A DNA stretch of 64,000 nt, taken from contig NIVC01001366.1 in assembly GCA_002269645.1 (NCBI GenBank), positions 1-64,000 of the forward strand. Direction: 5' to 3'. Below the pieces are notes generated by a model that saw only the letters and a program-made list of their open reading frames with translations, ran no database searches and was not told where the DNA came from. This DNA comes from Macrostomum lignano. Lineage: Eukaryota. Shown here piece by piece: positions 34,221-46,700 of this stretch (position 1 is the first letter of the stretch; each line of letters begins with the position of its first letter). Position numbers and translations under genes: made by a program.

Positions 34221-37200
34221 TCAGGCCAGCGGCTCCAGCTCTACGATCACGTCCTCCTCGTTCACCGTCTCCCCGGCTTTGAAGTGGACGGCTTTCACCT
34301 GCGGGCGAGAGGAGAGACCAATTGTGAGACTAGCTGTGAGCCTGGCTGAGACCGACTGGGACTGGCCATGAGACTGATTGTTGACTGGCCATGAGACTGA
34401 TTGTTAGACTGGCCATGAGACTGATTGTTGACTGGCCATGAGACTGATTGTTGACTGGCCATGAGACTGATTGTTGACTGGCCATGAGACTGATTGTTAG
34501 ACTGGCCATGAGACTGATTGTTGACTGGCCATGAGACTGATTGTTAGACTGGCCATGAGACTGATTGTTGACTGGCCATGAGACTGATTGTTAGACTGGC
34601 CATGAGACTGATTGTTGACTGGCCATGAGACTGATTGTTAGACTGGCCATGAGACTGATTGTTAGACTGGCCATGAGACTGATTGTTGACTGGCCATGAG
34701 ACTGATTGTTAGACTGGCCATGAGACTGATTGTTAGACTGGCCATGAGACTGATTGTTGACTGGCCATGAGACTGATTGTTAGACTGGCCATGAGGCTGT
34801 GAGACTCGATGTGAGACTGGATGTGAGACTGGATGTGAGACCGGATTTGAGACCGGCTGAAAGGAAAGAAAATCCCAAGTGACAAAACTCACCTTCCCAG
34901 CGATGGCGCAGCTCAGGCTGTTCTGCATCTTCATGGCCTCCAGCACGCAAATCTCCTGGCCCTCGGCCACCGTCTGGCCCACCGTGACGCCGACGGACTT
35001 CACCAGGCCGGGCATGGGCGCCTTGATGGTGGTGCTGGTGTCCTTGTCCGAGCGCACCGGCATGAACTTCGACAGATCGTAGGCGCGGGCCGTGCGGACT
35101 ATCGTGGTGCACTGCGGGAGGTGCGAGTTTTGCATAGCGACTCACCTTGGTGCCCATGCACAGCAGACTGACTCACCTTGGTGCCCATGTAATGCAGACT
35201 GACTCACACAGCTCACTCACCTTGTTGCCCATGCACTCCAGACTGACTCACACAGCTCACTCACCTTGTTGCCCATGCACTCCAGACTGACTCACACAGC
35301 TCACTCATCTTGGTGCCCATGTACTGCAGACTGACTCACACAGCTCACTCACCTTGGTGCCCATGCACTGCAGACTGACTCACACAGCTCACTCACCTTG
35401 GTGCCCATGCACTCCAGACTGACTCACACAGCTCACTCACCTTGTTGCCCATGCACTCCAGACTGACTCACACAGCTCACTCACCTTGGTGCCCATGCAC
35501 TCCAGACTGACTCACACAGCTCACTCACCTTGGTGCCCAGGTACTGCAGACTGACTCACACAGCTCACTCACCTTGGTGCCCATGCACTCCAGACTGACT
35601 CACACAGCTCACTCACCTTGGTGCCCATGCACTCCAGACTGACTCACACAGCTCACTCACCTTGTTGCCCATGCACTCCAGACTGACTCACACAGCTCAC
35701 TCACCTTGGTGCCCATGCACTCCAGACTGACTCACACAGCTCACTCACCTTGGTGCCCAGGTACTGCAGACTGACTCACACAGCTCACTCACCTTGGTGC
35801 CCATGCACTCCAGACTGACTCACACAGCTCACTCATCTTGGTGCCCATGTACTGCAGACTGACTCACACAGCTCACTCATCTTGGTGCCCATGCACTGCA
35901 GACTGACTCACACAGCTCACTCACCTTGGTGCCTAGGTACTGCAGACTGACTCACACAGCTCACTCACCTTGGTGCCCATGTACTGCAGACTGACTCACA
36001 CAGCTCACTCACCTTGGTGCCCAGGTACTGCAGACTGACTCACACAGCTCACTCACCTTGGTGCCCAGGTACTGCAGGGTCACGCGCTCATCGAAGCTGC
36101 GGGCCATCATCTGCATGCAGACGGACTCGCCGTTGATGACGGCCGGGATGACCTTGTCGGAGAGGCTGAAGTTGTCCTTGATCTGCAGAGTCTCGCTGCC
36201 CTCGAAGGCCACGGTGAAGCCGCCTTCCTTGTAGCTGACGCGGCACAGCAGGTCCTTGCCGTCCAGGGAGGCGACGATGTCCCAGTCGAAAGACTTCTTG
36301 GCCTCGCCGGCCACAATGTTGGACCGGTCCTTCTTCAGGTATGTCTTGTTGCGCAGGTCGTTCTTGGCGAAGACTACGGCGGACACGGCGGCGATGTTGA
36401 GCCGGTCGCGGTCGCTGAACTGCTTGCCGCGGAAGCCGTCCGGGTACACCTCCGGCAGGTAGTTGGTGGTGATGTCGCCGGACACGAAGCGATTCTCGGT
36501 GACGATGTCGCGCAGCAGGGGGATGTTGTGGGTGACGCCGCGGATCACGTAGTTGTCCAGAGCGTTGACCATGGTGTTGAGGGCGGACTGGCGGTCCTTG
36601 CCGTAGGTGACCAGCTTACAGATCATGGGGTCGTAGTAGATGGAGATTTCACTGCCCTCCTGGATGCCGCTGTCGCAGCGGACGTTCTCCAAGGCGGTGG
36701 GCTCCGAGTAGGTGGTCAGGCGGCCGATGGACGGCAGGCCGAACGCCTTGTAGGGGTCCTCGGCGTACACGCGGCACTCCACGGCCCAGCCTTTCACGCC
36801 GATGTCCTTCTGGGTGAGCAACAGCGGGTGGCCCTTGCCCACGCGGATCATCTGGTGCACAATGTCCACTCCGGTGATGCACTCGGTGATGGGGTGCTCC
36901 ACCTGCAGGCGGGTGTTCATCTCCAGGAAATAGAAGTTCTTCTTCGAGTCCACCAGGAACTCAACGGTGCCGGCGGAATCGTAGCCCACGGCCTTGGCCA
37001 GCGCGGTGGCCTGGGCGCCCATGGCCTTGCGGGTGTCGGGGTCGATGTACACGCTGGGCGCCTCCTCGATTACCTTCTGGTTGCGCCGCTGGATGCTGCA
37101 CTCGCGCTCGTTCAAGTACAGCGCATTGCCGTGGCGGTCGCAGAGCACCTGCACCTCGATGTGGCGCGGCTTGTCGATGAACTTCTCGATCAGCATGCGG

Positions 37201-38914
37201 TCGTCGCCAAAGCTGGACTTGGCCTCCTCCTGCGACAGCCGGTAGCCCTCGCGGGCCTGTTTGTCGTTCCAGGCGATGCGCATGCCCTTGCCGCCTCCTG
37301 CGGGGCGCGGCGAGGATCATTTCCTGGGATCTGACTGAGGGAGTTCCTGCGGATTCTGGTGGGCTATTTGTGGGGATTCTGGTGGGCTGTTTGTGGGGAT
37401 TCTGGTGGGCTGCTTGTGGGGATTCTGGTGGGCTGTTTGTGGGGATTCTGGTGGGCTGTTTGTGGAGATTCTGGTGGGCTGTTTGTGGAGATTCTGGTGG
37501 GCTGTTTGTGGAGATTCTGGTGGGCTGTTTGTGGGCATTCTGGTGGGCTGTTTGTGGAGATTCTGGTGGGCTGTTTGTGGAGATTCTGGTGGGCTGTTTG
37601 TGGAGATTCTGGTGGGCTGTTTGTGGGGATTCTGGTGGGCTGTTTGTGGAGATTCTGGTGGGCTGTTTGTGGGGATTCTGGTGGGCTGTTTGTGGGGATT
37701 CTGGTGGGCTGTTTGTGGGCATTCTGGTGGGCTGTTTGTGGGGATTCTGATGGGCTGTTTGTGGGAATTCTGGTGGGCTGTTTGTGGGGATTCTAATGGG
37801 CTGTTTGTGGGGATTCTGGTGGGCTGTTTGTGGGCATTCTGGTGGGCTGCTTGTGGGGATTCTGGTGGGCTGTTTGTGGGGATTCTGGTGGGCTGCTTGT
37901 GGGGATTCTGGTGAGCTGTTTGTGGGGATTCTGGTGGGCTGTTTGTGGGGATTGTGATGGGCTGTTTGTGGGGATTCTGGTGAGCTGTTTGTGGGGATTT
38001 CGGTAAGGACTTTGTAGGGATCTTACTATAGATTCGTCTGTGCCCTTCGGTTGGTATCTAACAAAGGCTGGAAATGATTAATTGAGCAGAGAAAAAGCAG
38101 CTCCAAAAATCCGGGAGAGTTTCTACGAAACAGCAAGAAATGCAAACTCAAGCATTAAAAATTGAATGCCAACGCGTTTCGTCCAACAGACGTTTTCAGG
38201 ACAGACAATCTTCACTTAATCAGCCATGTTCAATGCGTGCATTCAATATTTAGTGTTTGTGTTGACATTCCTCTCCAGCTCTAAGAAGCCGGGGCACTCA
38301 CCGCCGGCGGAGGCCTTGATCATGACGGGGTAGCCGATGTCGTTGGCGATCTTGACGGCCTCATCAGCGTCCTTGACCTCGCCGTCGAAGCCGGGGATGC
38401 AGTTGACCTTGGCCTTGTTCGCGATGCGCTTGCTCTCGATCTTGTCGCCCATGGCACGGATGGCCTTGGAGTTGGGGCCCAGGAACACCACGTCCAAGTC
38501 CTCCAGGCGCTTGGCGAACACCGTGTTCTCCGACAGGAAGCCGTAGCCCGGGTGCACCGCCTGGGCGCCCGTCTGCTTCACGGCTTGCAGGATGGCCTCC
38601 ATGTTGAGGTAGCTCTTGCTGGTCGGCGCCGGCCCGATGCAAACGGCCTCGTCAGCCAGCTGGACGAACTTGCTGGAGGCGTCGATCTCGCTGTGGACGG
38701 CCACCGACTTGATGCCCAGCCGCTTGCACGAGTTGATGACGCGGCAGGCGATCTCACCGCGGTTGGCGATAAGGATTTTCTCGAAGCGCGACTCGTTGCT
38801 GTCGTGCTTGTCGTTCCAGTAGATGGCCTCGGCTTGCCTGGCGGCAGAGTGCGAGCACAGGGTGCGCATGGCGACTGCGGCCGGGCCGCGGTGGGCGCTC
38901 AGAAGGCTCAGCAT
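34221..38914 (-). CDS. PCCA: Propionyl-CoA carboxylase alpha chain, mitochondrial; exons 38914-38302, 37297-36057, 35111-34893, 34298-34221
   Basis: [36 protein letters not shown] (joined across intron 1), [23 protein letters not shown], biotinylation motif EAMKM and C-terminal VKAVHF...VIVELE. All introns are GT-AG and in phase. Confidence 0.96.
34361..34795. repeat. 23/24-bp array in PCCA intron 3
   Basis: ACTGGCCATGAGACTGATTGTT(A)G, about 18 copies. Confidence 0.92.
35140..36077. repeat. 44-bp array (about 21 copies) in PCCA intron 2, made of the exon-2 end plus its 5' splice site
   Basis: Minus-strand unit CTGCAGTACCTGGGCACCAAG|GTGAGTGAGCTGTGTGAGTCAGT. Confidence 0.95.
37355..37998. repeat. 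23-bp array in PCCA intron 1
   Basis: GTGGGGATTCTGGTGGGCTGTTT, about 28 copies. Confidence 0.92.
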
Positions 38915-38967
38915 GGCAGCGGGGCAAGGGGTTGCAGAGGGGATTGGCGCGCGAGTTTAGCGTTCTA

Positions 38968-39950
38968 CATCTACCTGAAGTGGCTGTCGTCTCAAACCCC
39001 ATCTACCTGAAGTGGCTGCTGTCTCATCTACCTGAGATGGCTGTCGTCTCAAACTCCATCTACCTGAAGTGGCTGTCGTCTCAAACCCCATCTACCGGAG
39101 ATGGCTGTCGTCTCAAACCCCATCTACCTGAAGTGGCTGCTGTCTCATCTACCTGAGATGGCTGCAGTCTCAAATCCCATCTACCTGAAGTGGCTGTCGT
39201 CTCAAATCCTATCTAGCTGAAGTGGCTGCAGTCTCAAATCCCATCTACCTGAAGTAGCTGTTGTCTCAAATCCTATCTACCTGAAGTGGCTGTCGTCTCA
39301 AACCCCATCTAGCTGAAGTGGCTGCAGTCTCAAATCCCATCTACCTGAAGTGGCTGTCGTCTCAAACCCCATCTACCTGAAGTGGCTGTCGTCTCAAACC
39401 CCATCTACCTGAAGTGGCTATCGTCTCAAATCCCATCTACCTGAAGTGGCTGCTGTCTCATCTACCTGAGATGGCTGTCGTCTCAAACCCCATCTACCTG
39501 AAGTGGCTGCAGTCTCAAATCCCATCTACCTGAAGTGGCTGCTGTCTCATCTACCTGAAGTGGCTGCTGTCTCATCTACCTGAGATGGCTGTCGTCTCAA
39601 ACCCCATCTACCTGAAGTGGCTGTCGTCTCAAACCCCATCTAGCTGAAGTGGCTGCAGTCTCAAATCCCATCTACCTGAAGTGGCTGTCGTCTCAAACCC
39701 CATCTACCTGAAGTGGCTGTCGTCTCAAACCCCATCTACCTGAAGTGGCTATCGTCTCAAATCCCATCTACCTGAAGTGGCTGCTGTCTCATCTACCTGA
39801 GATGGCTGTCGTCTCAAACCCCATCTACCTGAAGTGGCTGCAGTCTCAAATCCCATCTACCTGAAGTGGCTGTCGTCTCAAATCCCATCTACCTGAAGTG
39901 GCTGCAGTCTCAAATCCCATCTACCTGAGGTGGCTGCAGTCTCAAATCCC
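38968..39950. repeat. 25/32-bp array immediately upstream of PCCA
   Basis: CATCTACCTGAAGTGGCTGTCGTCTCAAACCC and a shorter variant. Confidence 0.92.
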
Positions 39951-40231
39951 CTCTCATTAGCGGCAGCTCAACATCGCTATCCAGTGAACGAGTGCAGCTA
40001 AAAGCTAATTAATCTATAGTCGCAAAGATTGAACGAAAATAATCAAGTTGAAGCGCAGGAGAAGGCGGTACGGTTGGCACGCCATTTCATCGATGCAATT
40101 ATGTTTAGAAACAGCAAAATAAAATAGAAATCAGCTACTCACAAGTAGCAACAGGATAAATGAAATAAACTCTATGAACAGAGAACTCAATAGACTCAAA
40201 GAGCAATCGGGAATTTTCTGCAAAAGAATGT

Positions 40232-41416
40232 CTAGACCGGCCGCGCTGCGTGCCCGTCGCCCTTGCTGTGGCCCTTGCGGAAGCAGCGCCGGCAGTACAG
40301 GTCCCCCATGCACTGCGGGCAGCGGACCTCGGCATCCGCGTTGCAGATGCAGCACCAGCGCTCGCTGTCCGAGCCGGTGGAAACGTCCTCGTCGTCTGTG
40401 AAGTCTTCGTCTGGCGCGGCCAGGGCATCCCGGATGGCCGCTTCTACCTGGCTGTCGCTGACCTGTTCCGGCTGTGCCGGCTTTGCCTGTGCCGGAGGGT
40501 CGGCTGCCGCTGCGTCTGCCTTGCCTTTTTTCTGCTTCTGCTGCCGGCGCTGCAGGTGCGCCGCCAGTTCCGGGTCCGCCTGCAGTGCTCGGACCTCAGC
40601 CTCCGCGCTGCGCATCAGCTCGGCTGTCTCGCGGCTCAGCGCGTCCGCGTCTTCGGCATCTGCATCAGCTGATCCTGCCGCGGCTCCCTCGGCCGAAGCG
40701 GTCGCCGCTGCCGACTTGGCATCGGAGGCCTCAGCGGCAGCGGCGGTGTCCGCATCGACTCCCCGCAGGGCGGCCAGCCGCTCTCCCAGTCGCCGATCGC
40801 GAGAGGCGGCCTCGCGCTCCCGCTGCTGGTCGATGCGGGCCCGGGCTTGCGCCGACTCCATGAGCGCTGCCACCTGCTCCGCCTCTGACAGCTGCGGGCG
40901 CGGAGCCTCGACGGCCGGTGCAGCCAATCCAGGTTCCGTCTCGGCCGTCCGGCCCTGCAAGGCTTCTAGGCGAGATCGGAGGTCCTGGTCAGAGGGCGGC
41001 GGTGCCTGGCCAGGCCGCTGCTTCAGCCGCTCCAGGCGTTCCCGCGCGTCCCGGTCCGGGTCGGCCGCCCTGGAGCCACCGCTGCCTCCGCCGCCGCCCC
41101 TCTTTGCCGGCCCCGTCTGCCGTGCCTCCAGGGCCTCCACCCGCTTGACGAAGTTGGCGGGCGGCTCGATTGGCTGCTTGGCGGCAGGCGGCTGGGCCTG
41201 CTGGCGGAGGCACTTGGCGCACATTTTGCCCAGCTTGCCGTTCAGCTTGGGCACCGGCTTCTTGGTCTGCAGGCAGCGCGAGCAGTAGGAGAAGCCGCAG
41301 TTGTCGCAGCCGTACTTCCGCCGCAGCAGGGAATACTCGCTGCCGCAGCCGTAGCAGAACATGCGGGCGCCGGCTGCGGGTGGCATCGCTATTCGCTTAG
41401 TTACTCTGGTTACCAT
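40232..41416 (-). CDS. ZFYVE19: Abscission/NoCut checkpoint regulator (FYVE-type zinc finger + C-terminal B-box-like finger), intronless
   Basis: CYGCGSEYSLLRRKYGCDNCGFSYCSRCL; PPANFVKRVEALE; WCCICNADAEVRCPQCMGDLYCRRCFRKGH. Start could be 41416, 41386 or 41362. Confidence 0.88.
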   Translation of the reverse strand: MVTRVTKRIAMPPAAGARMFCYGCGSEYSLLRRKYGCDNCGFSYCSRCLQTKKPVPKLNGKLGKMCAKCLRQQAQPPAAKQPIEPPANFVKRVEALEARQTGPAKRGGGGGSGGSRAADPDRDARERLERLKQRPGQAPPPSDQDLRSRLEALQGRTAETEPGLAAPAVEAPRPQLSEAEQVAALMESAQARARIDQQREREAASRDRRLGERLAALRGVDADTAAAAEASDAKSAAATASAEGAAAGSADADAEDADALSRETAELMRSAEAEVRALQADPELAAHLQRRQQKQKKGKADAAAADPPAQAKPAQPEQVSDSQVEAAIRDALAAPDEDFTDDEDVSTGSDSERWCCICNADAEVRCPQCMGDLYCRRCFRKGHSKGDGHAARPV

Positions 41417-41479
41417 GGTTACTGTGTTTAACCGAAGCTATCGTTGTAATTACCCTCTACCATGACTGTCCCATCTTCT

Positions 41480-41825
41480 ACTATTACTACCCCATCCTCT
41501 GCCATCACTGCCACATCCTCTGCCATCACTACCCCATCCTCTGCCAGCACTACCATCCTCTGCCAGCACTACCCCATCCTCTGTCAGCACTACCCCATCC
41601 TCTGTCAGCACTACCCCATCCTCTGCCAGCACTACCCCATCCTCTGCCAGCACTACCCCATCCTCTGTCAGCACTACCCCATCCTCTGTCAGCACTACCC
41701 CATCCTCTGCCATCACTACCCCATCCTCTGCCATCACTGCCACATCCTCTTCCATCACTGCTTCATCCTCTACCAGCATTGCTTCATCCTCTACCATCAT
41801 TTCTTCATCTACCATCACTGCTTCA
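41480..41825. repeat. 21-bp array upstream of ZFYVE19
   Basis: CCATCCTCTGCCAGCACTACC and variants. Confidence 0.88.
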
Positions 41826-42205
41826 TGCTTTTGTACCGCTAATTTTATTATTTCGAAATCCAATTAACTGGGCCGAAGAATGAAAAATGAACCGCAAAGA
41901 AAGACAGTGAGTCAAATCCTTTTAACATAGAGCAGCAGATTATATTAAAATTTAGTGAATCAAAACGTTCAATAAACGAACATGCAGGTAGCGTCCAAAT
42001 CGAGGGAATTAAACAAACTGTACAGAATAAAAAGGCGGCATGCCGAGATACGCAGGGCAGTCTGGAGTACAAGCCAGGCGCAGCTGGCCACCGCTCCGGT
42101 TAAATAAAAACTGATAAATGTGGTATTCAGCCTACTGAAAGTAGCCGCTAGCGCATTCTTATTGAACAATCAGCTAAAGAGAAGGGCAATTGGAAGCAGG
42201 CGGTC

Positions 42206-42475
42206 TCAGTTAGCCGGGTCGCCGGGCGCGGCCTGCTTGCCCGCGGCCACCAGCTCGTCCCGTTTGATGCGCGCCTCGATGAAGTCCACCTTGCGCTCCA
42301 GCAGCGTCAGCTTCTCGTTCAGCTGGGCGATCTTGCTGCGGCAGGACACGTCGAACTGGTTCAGGAAGTCCGTCATGCGCTTCAGGGTGAACCCGATCAG
42401 GTCGATGTACTCCCGCTGGTTCCAGTCCAGCTGCACATCCTGCTGCACCTGGTCCATGTAGTTCGTGTGCGACAT
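42206..42475 (-). CDS. BRK1: BRICK1/HSPC300, SCAR/WAVE complex subunit, intronless
   Basis: VQQDVQLDWNQREYI...DFLNQFDVSCRSKIAQLNEKLTLLERKVDFIEAR. Confidence 0.94.
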   Translation of the reverse strand: MSHTNYMDQVQQDVQLDWNQREYIDLIGFTLKRMTDFLNQFDVSCRSKIAQLNEKLTLLERKVDFIEARIKRDELVAAGKQAAPGDPAN

Positions 42476-42505
42476 GGCGGCATCGGACGGAGGGTTGGTG
42501 TTTTT

Positions 42506-43090
42506 ACTGCTCCTGACACTGCTGCTCCTGACACTGCTGTTCCTGACTCTGCTGTTCCTGACTCTGCTGTTCCTGACCCTGCTGCTCCTGACTCTGCTGT
42601 TCCTGACTCTGCTGTTCCTGACCCTGCTGCTCCTGACACTGCTGCTCCTGACCCTGCTGCTCCTGACACTGCTGCTCCTGACTCTGCTGTTCCTGACTCT
42701 GCTGTTCCTGACTCTGCTGTTCCTGACCCTGCTGCTCCTGACTCTGCTGTTCCTGACTCTGCTGTTCCTGACACTGCTGCTCCTGACTCTGCTGTTCCTG
42801 ACACTGCTGCTCCTGACTCTGCTGCTCCTGACTCTGCTGTTCCTGACTCTGCTGTTCCTGACACTGCTGTTCCTGACTCTGCTGTTCCTGACCCTGCTGC
42901 TCCTGACCCTGCTGCTCCTGACTCTGCTGTTCCTGACTCTGCTGTTCCTGACCCTGCTGCTCCTGACTCTGCTGTTCCTGACTCTGCTGTTCCTGACCCT
43001 GCTGCTCCTGACACTGCTGCTCCTGACCCTGCTGCTTCTGACACTGCTGTTCCTGACCCTGCTGCTCCCCTGACACTACTGCTCCTGACC
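42506..43090. repeat. 15-bp array immediately upstream of BRK1
   Basis: CCTGACTCTGCTGTT and variants, about 38 copies. Confidence 0.92.
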
Positions 43091-43635
43091 CTACTGCTCA
43101 TTGCACTTGAGCAAGTTGCAACACCTGAACCTAAGCAGACTACCTTTCTAGTCCCAGATCTAAAGCTTTATGTAGCCTCGCAAAAGAAAACTACAAAAAA
43201 CTGCAGGGTCTCCGCGCTTCTCCGGTCAAAGCATCTGAATTTTTACTTCCAGGAGTTGAAAACAAAATCAAACAACTGGGGATCTATACAGCAGAAGCTC
43301 CATTAGAATCAATAAAACAGTCAAAAGCTTTTGCTTCAAGCGATAAATAACAATGACAAGAAAAAACAAGGCAGCACAGGCAATACGCTTTAACCGATCA
43401 GGACCAACAAGGAAAAAGGAGTGAAGGAAACAAACAACTGGCCTTATAAACACTAATAATAGTCTATACTGGTATAGTTGTGTCCGCTCAGGCAACTCAA
43501 GTTGAGGTTTGAAAGGAAACAAACAGGCCTTTTGGCACAGCTACAGGAGGCCGGGGACCGGGACATTGCGGGTGCCAATTCTCTGTGAGCAGGGAGTGCT
43601 CGGCAGGTAAACAAAGAGCCAATAAGCAAACCGGG

Positions 43636-43788
43636 CAGCATGATGAATATTGAGTGCCTCATCAGCCCTTGCGAATTCACACAGCCTCAGAGGGACAGCA
43701 TGATGAATATTGAATGCCTCATCAGCCCTTGCGAATTCACACAGCCTCAGAGGGACAGCATGATGAATATTGAATGCCTCATCAGCCC
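43636..43788. repeat. 60-bp array (about 2.5 copies) containing the MAN2A stop codon
   Basis: Minus-strand unit begins GGGCTGATGAGGCATTCAATATTCATCATGCTG. Confidence 0.88.
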
Positions 43789-46700
43789 AGCTCCACCTCG
43801 GCCGTCTCAATCTCCATGGGCGGCACCGCCAGCGCCTCGGCGACGGGCCCGTAGTCGTACATCAGGCTGAGCGACTTTCGCCTGGCGGACAGCAGCGACA
43901 GGTCGGCGAAGAGGCCGGACAGCGGCACGGAGGCGGAGGCGGACACGCGGCACTCGTCGGTGGTGAGCGGGAAGGCGCAGGAGACGCCCGGCGGTGCAGG
44001 CTGAGCTGAGCGGTGCGCTCATTGTGCAGGGTGCGCAGGTTCAGCAGGTGCAGGTCGCAGGCGAGGCCGGCGGGGGGCGCCAGCGACAGGCGGGCGGGGA
44101 CGCCGGCCAGGTCGGAGTCGGCAGCGAGCCTTGCGGAGGGCATCGCCACAGGCGGGTGCAGCAGGGAGTCCAGGCTGAGGGTGGCCAGGCCGCTGGGGAA
44201 GCCGAGGTCGCCGTCGGCGTCGGCGGGGCCGGAGGCGGCCTCCAGCAGCAGGCGGAAGGTGCTGGGAGTTGGCCGATTGTCGAGGACGCCCTGCGCCAGG
44301 CCGAGGCCATCGTCCTGGGCCAGGGTGCGGTCCAGGAACAGCTCCAGGCTGCCGCTGGCCGGGCTGTGCACCCCCATGGGCTGGGCCGCCACCACGGACA
44401 GGCGCACGCCGTTAGACTGCAGGGACGAAGGAAATTGTGCAAATGTACTTTTGCTGATCAGTCTTGGAGCTTGGATAGAACTAAAGGATTATGGCAACGC
44501 CTGGCCTGCTACTTTAAAAAACCCCCACTTGGGCTGATTTCACAGAGTGACGGTGACTAATTGATAAGTGACAGTGACTATTTGACAAGTGACAGTGGCC
44601 ATATGACAAGTGACAGTGATTATTTGACAAGTGACAGTGGCCATTTGACAAGTGACAGTGACTATTTGACAAGTGACAGTGACAATTTTACAAGTGACAG
44701 TGACTATTTGACAAGTGACAGTGGCCATTTGACAAGTGACAGTGACTATTTGACAAGTGACAGTGACAATTTTACAAGTGACAGTGACTATTTGACAAGT
44801 GACAGTGGCCATTTGACAAGTGACAGTGACTATTTGACAAGTGACAGTGACTATTCGACAAGTGACAGTGACTACTTGACAAGTGACAGTGGCCTTTGAC
44901 AAGTGACAGTGGCCATTTGACAAGTGACAGTGACTATTTGACAAGTGACAGTGATTATTTGACAAGTGACAGTGACTATTTGACAAGTGACAGTGATTTT
45001 TTGACAAGTGACAGTGGCCTTTGACAAGTGACAGTGACTATTTGACAAGTGACAGTGGCCATTTGACAAGTGACAGTGACTATCTGACAAGTGACAGTGA
45101 TTATTTGACAAGTGACAGTGACTATTTGACAAGTGACAGTGATTTTTTGACAAGTGACAGTGGCCTTTGACAAGTGACAGTGACTATTTGACAAGTGACA
45201 GTGATTACTTCTTGACAAGTGACTGTGACTATTTGACAAGTGACAGGGATTACTTCTTGACAAGTGACTGTGACTAGTGACAATTGTGACCGTTTGAAGA
45301 AATTTTAATTGAGCTACCGATGTATAAACAGTTATCAAATGCTGGAGACCAGACGGCAGCGGTTAGCTCTACCTGCATGAAGGCCTGGCAGGGCATGGGA
45401 TACACGTTGGCCTGCAGAGGCAGCTTCTCCCAGTAGGTCCGCTTGGCCAGCTGCAGGCAGTTGATGTCCGAGTAGAAATTCCTCTGTCCGAGCCCGGTGT
45501 CCAGCCGCACGGCCACCTCCAGGTTGGAGTTGCCGCGCACGTTGGCGAGGCTCTCGATCTCCAGGCCGGCACCCTGCGCGGAGTCCAGGCTGGCGTACAG
45601 CCGCGTCACGGTGCGGGCGAACTGGCCGCCCCGGTGCACCTCGGACACGAGCGGGCCGGACACCCGGGTGACGGGTCCGGGCTGGTCGGAGGCTGGCCGG
45701 CCGGGCCCGTCCGGCAGGAACAAGTAGGCGCCGCTGCGCTCCCCGCCAGGCCGCGCTCCGTAGGTGTAAAACTTCACGTTCAGCGGCATGCGGCGGCCGC
45801 CCAGCTTTTTGTTGGTGAGGCCGGTGGGCAGGCCGCTGGTGGGGTCGAACTCCACGCTGAGGTGCTCCGACTCCAGCGCCAGCTTGGCCGGCCGGCTGGC
45901 CGCAGCGAATGGGGCGGGCGCGGGCAGGGGGGCTCCGGCGCCGGTGTGGGCGAGAGCGGAGACGGAGAGGCTGGCGCTGGGGCCGCGGCTGACGGCCAGG
46001 CGGGTGAGGGACAGCGGCTCCAGACGCAGCAGCACGGCCACGCCGAAGCAGTCGGTGCGGATGTCCTTCCAGTCCGCGGTGAACTGCGGCAGCAGCTGAG
46101 CCGGCAGCTCCTTTCCTTCGTGGTCCTTGACAATCACCTGGGCGTCGTTGACAACCAGCCGTATGACCTCCTTGCGAGCTCTGGCCAGCGGGTTGAAGAT
46201 GACAACGTAGCGGGCGGCGGCGCCGGAACGGATGTCGATGACGCTTGGCGTCGGCAGCGAGTCGTGCCGGTCGCGGGACTCAAAGTCAGCCAGCAGCTCG
46301 CCAGCATCGGAGCTGTAGGTGGCGGGCAGCAGCAGGAACTGGGCGGAGCGGCGCATCACCAGGCGGGCGCTGAACAGCGCGGCCAGCAGCTTCTGCCCGT
46401 AGTCTATGACCACGTGGTCCTTGGCTGTGCCCGTGATGCCGTCATGGTGCTGGAAGAGGCCCAGGCTGCGTCTGGGGTGCGGGGTGGCGGCGGGTCGTTT
46501 TGGTGCGCACATTTTATGGCAAGCTGGGGATTCTGCGGTGGTGAGGAGGGGATTCTGTGGTGGTGAGGAGGGGATTCTGCGGTGGTGAGGAGGGGATTCT
46601 ACGGTGGTGAGGAGGGGATTCTGCGGTGGTGAGGAGGGGGTTCTGCGGTGGTGAGGAGGGGATTCTGCGGTGGTGAGGAGGGGATTCTACGGTGGTGAGG

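Noticed and set aside
36961-37914. Long repeat ORFs ([10 protein letters not shown].., GCLWGFWW..)
   Set aside because: They lie wholly in PCCA intron 1, as defined by the in-frame SAG|GGGKGMR junction.
42397-43306. ORFs such as (SGTAE)n, (PDSAV)n and (EQQSQ)n
   Set aside because: A 15-bp array without stops in several frames; there is no unique domain, and it lies upstream of BRK1.
44540-45338. Ser/Asp- or His/Cys-rich repeat ORFs
   Set aside because: They are translations of the MAN2A intron-4 minisatellite.
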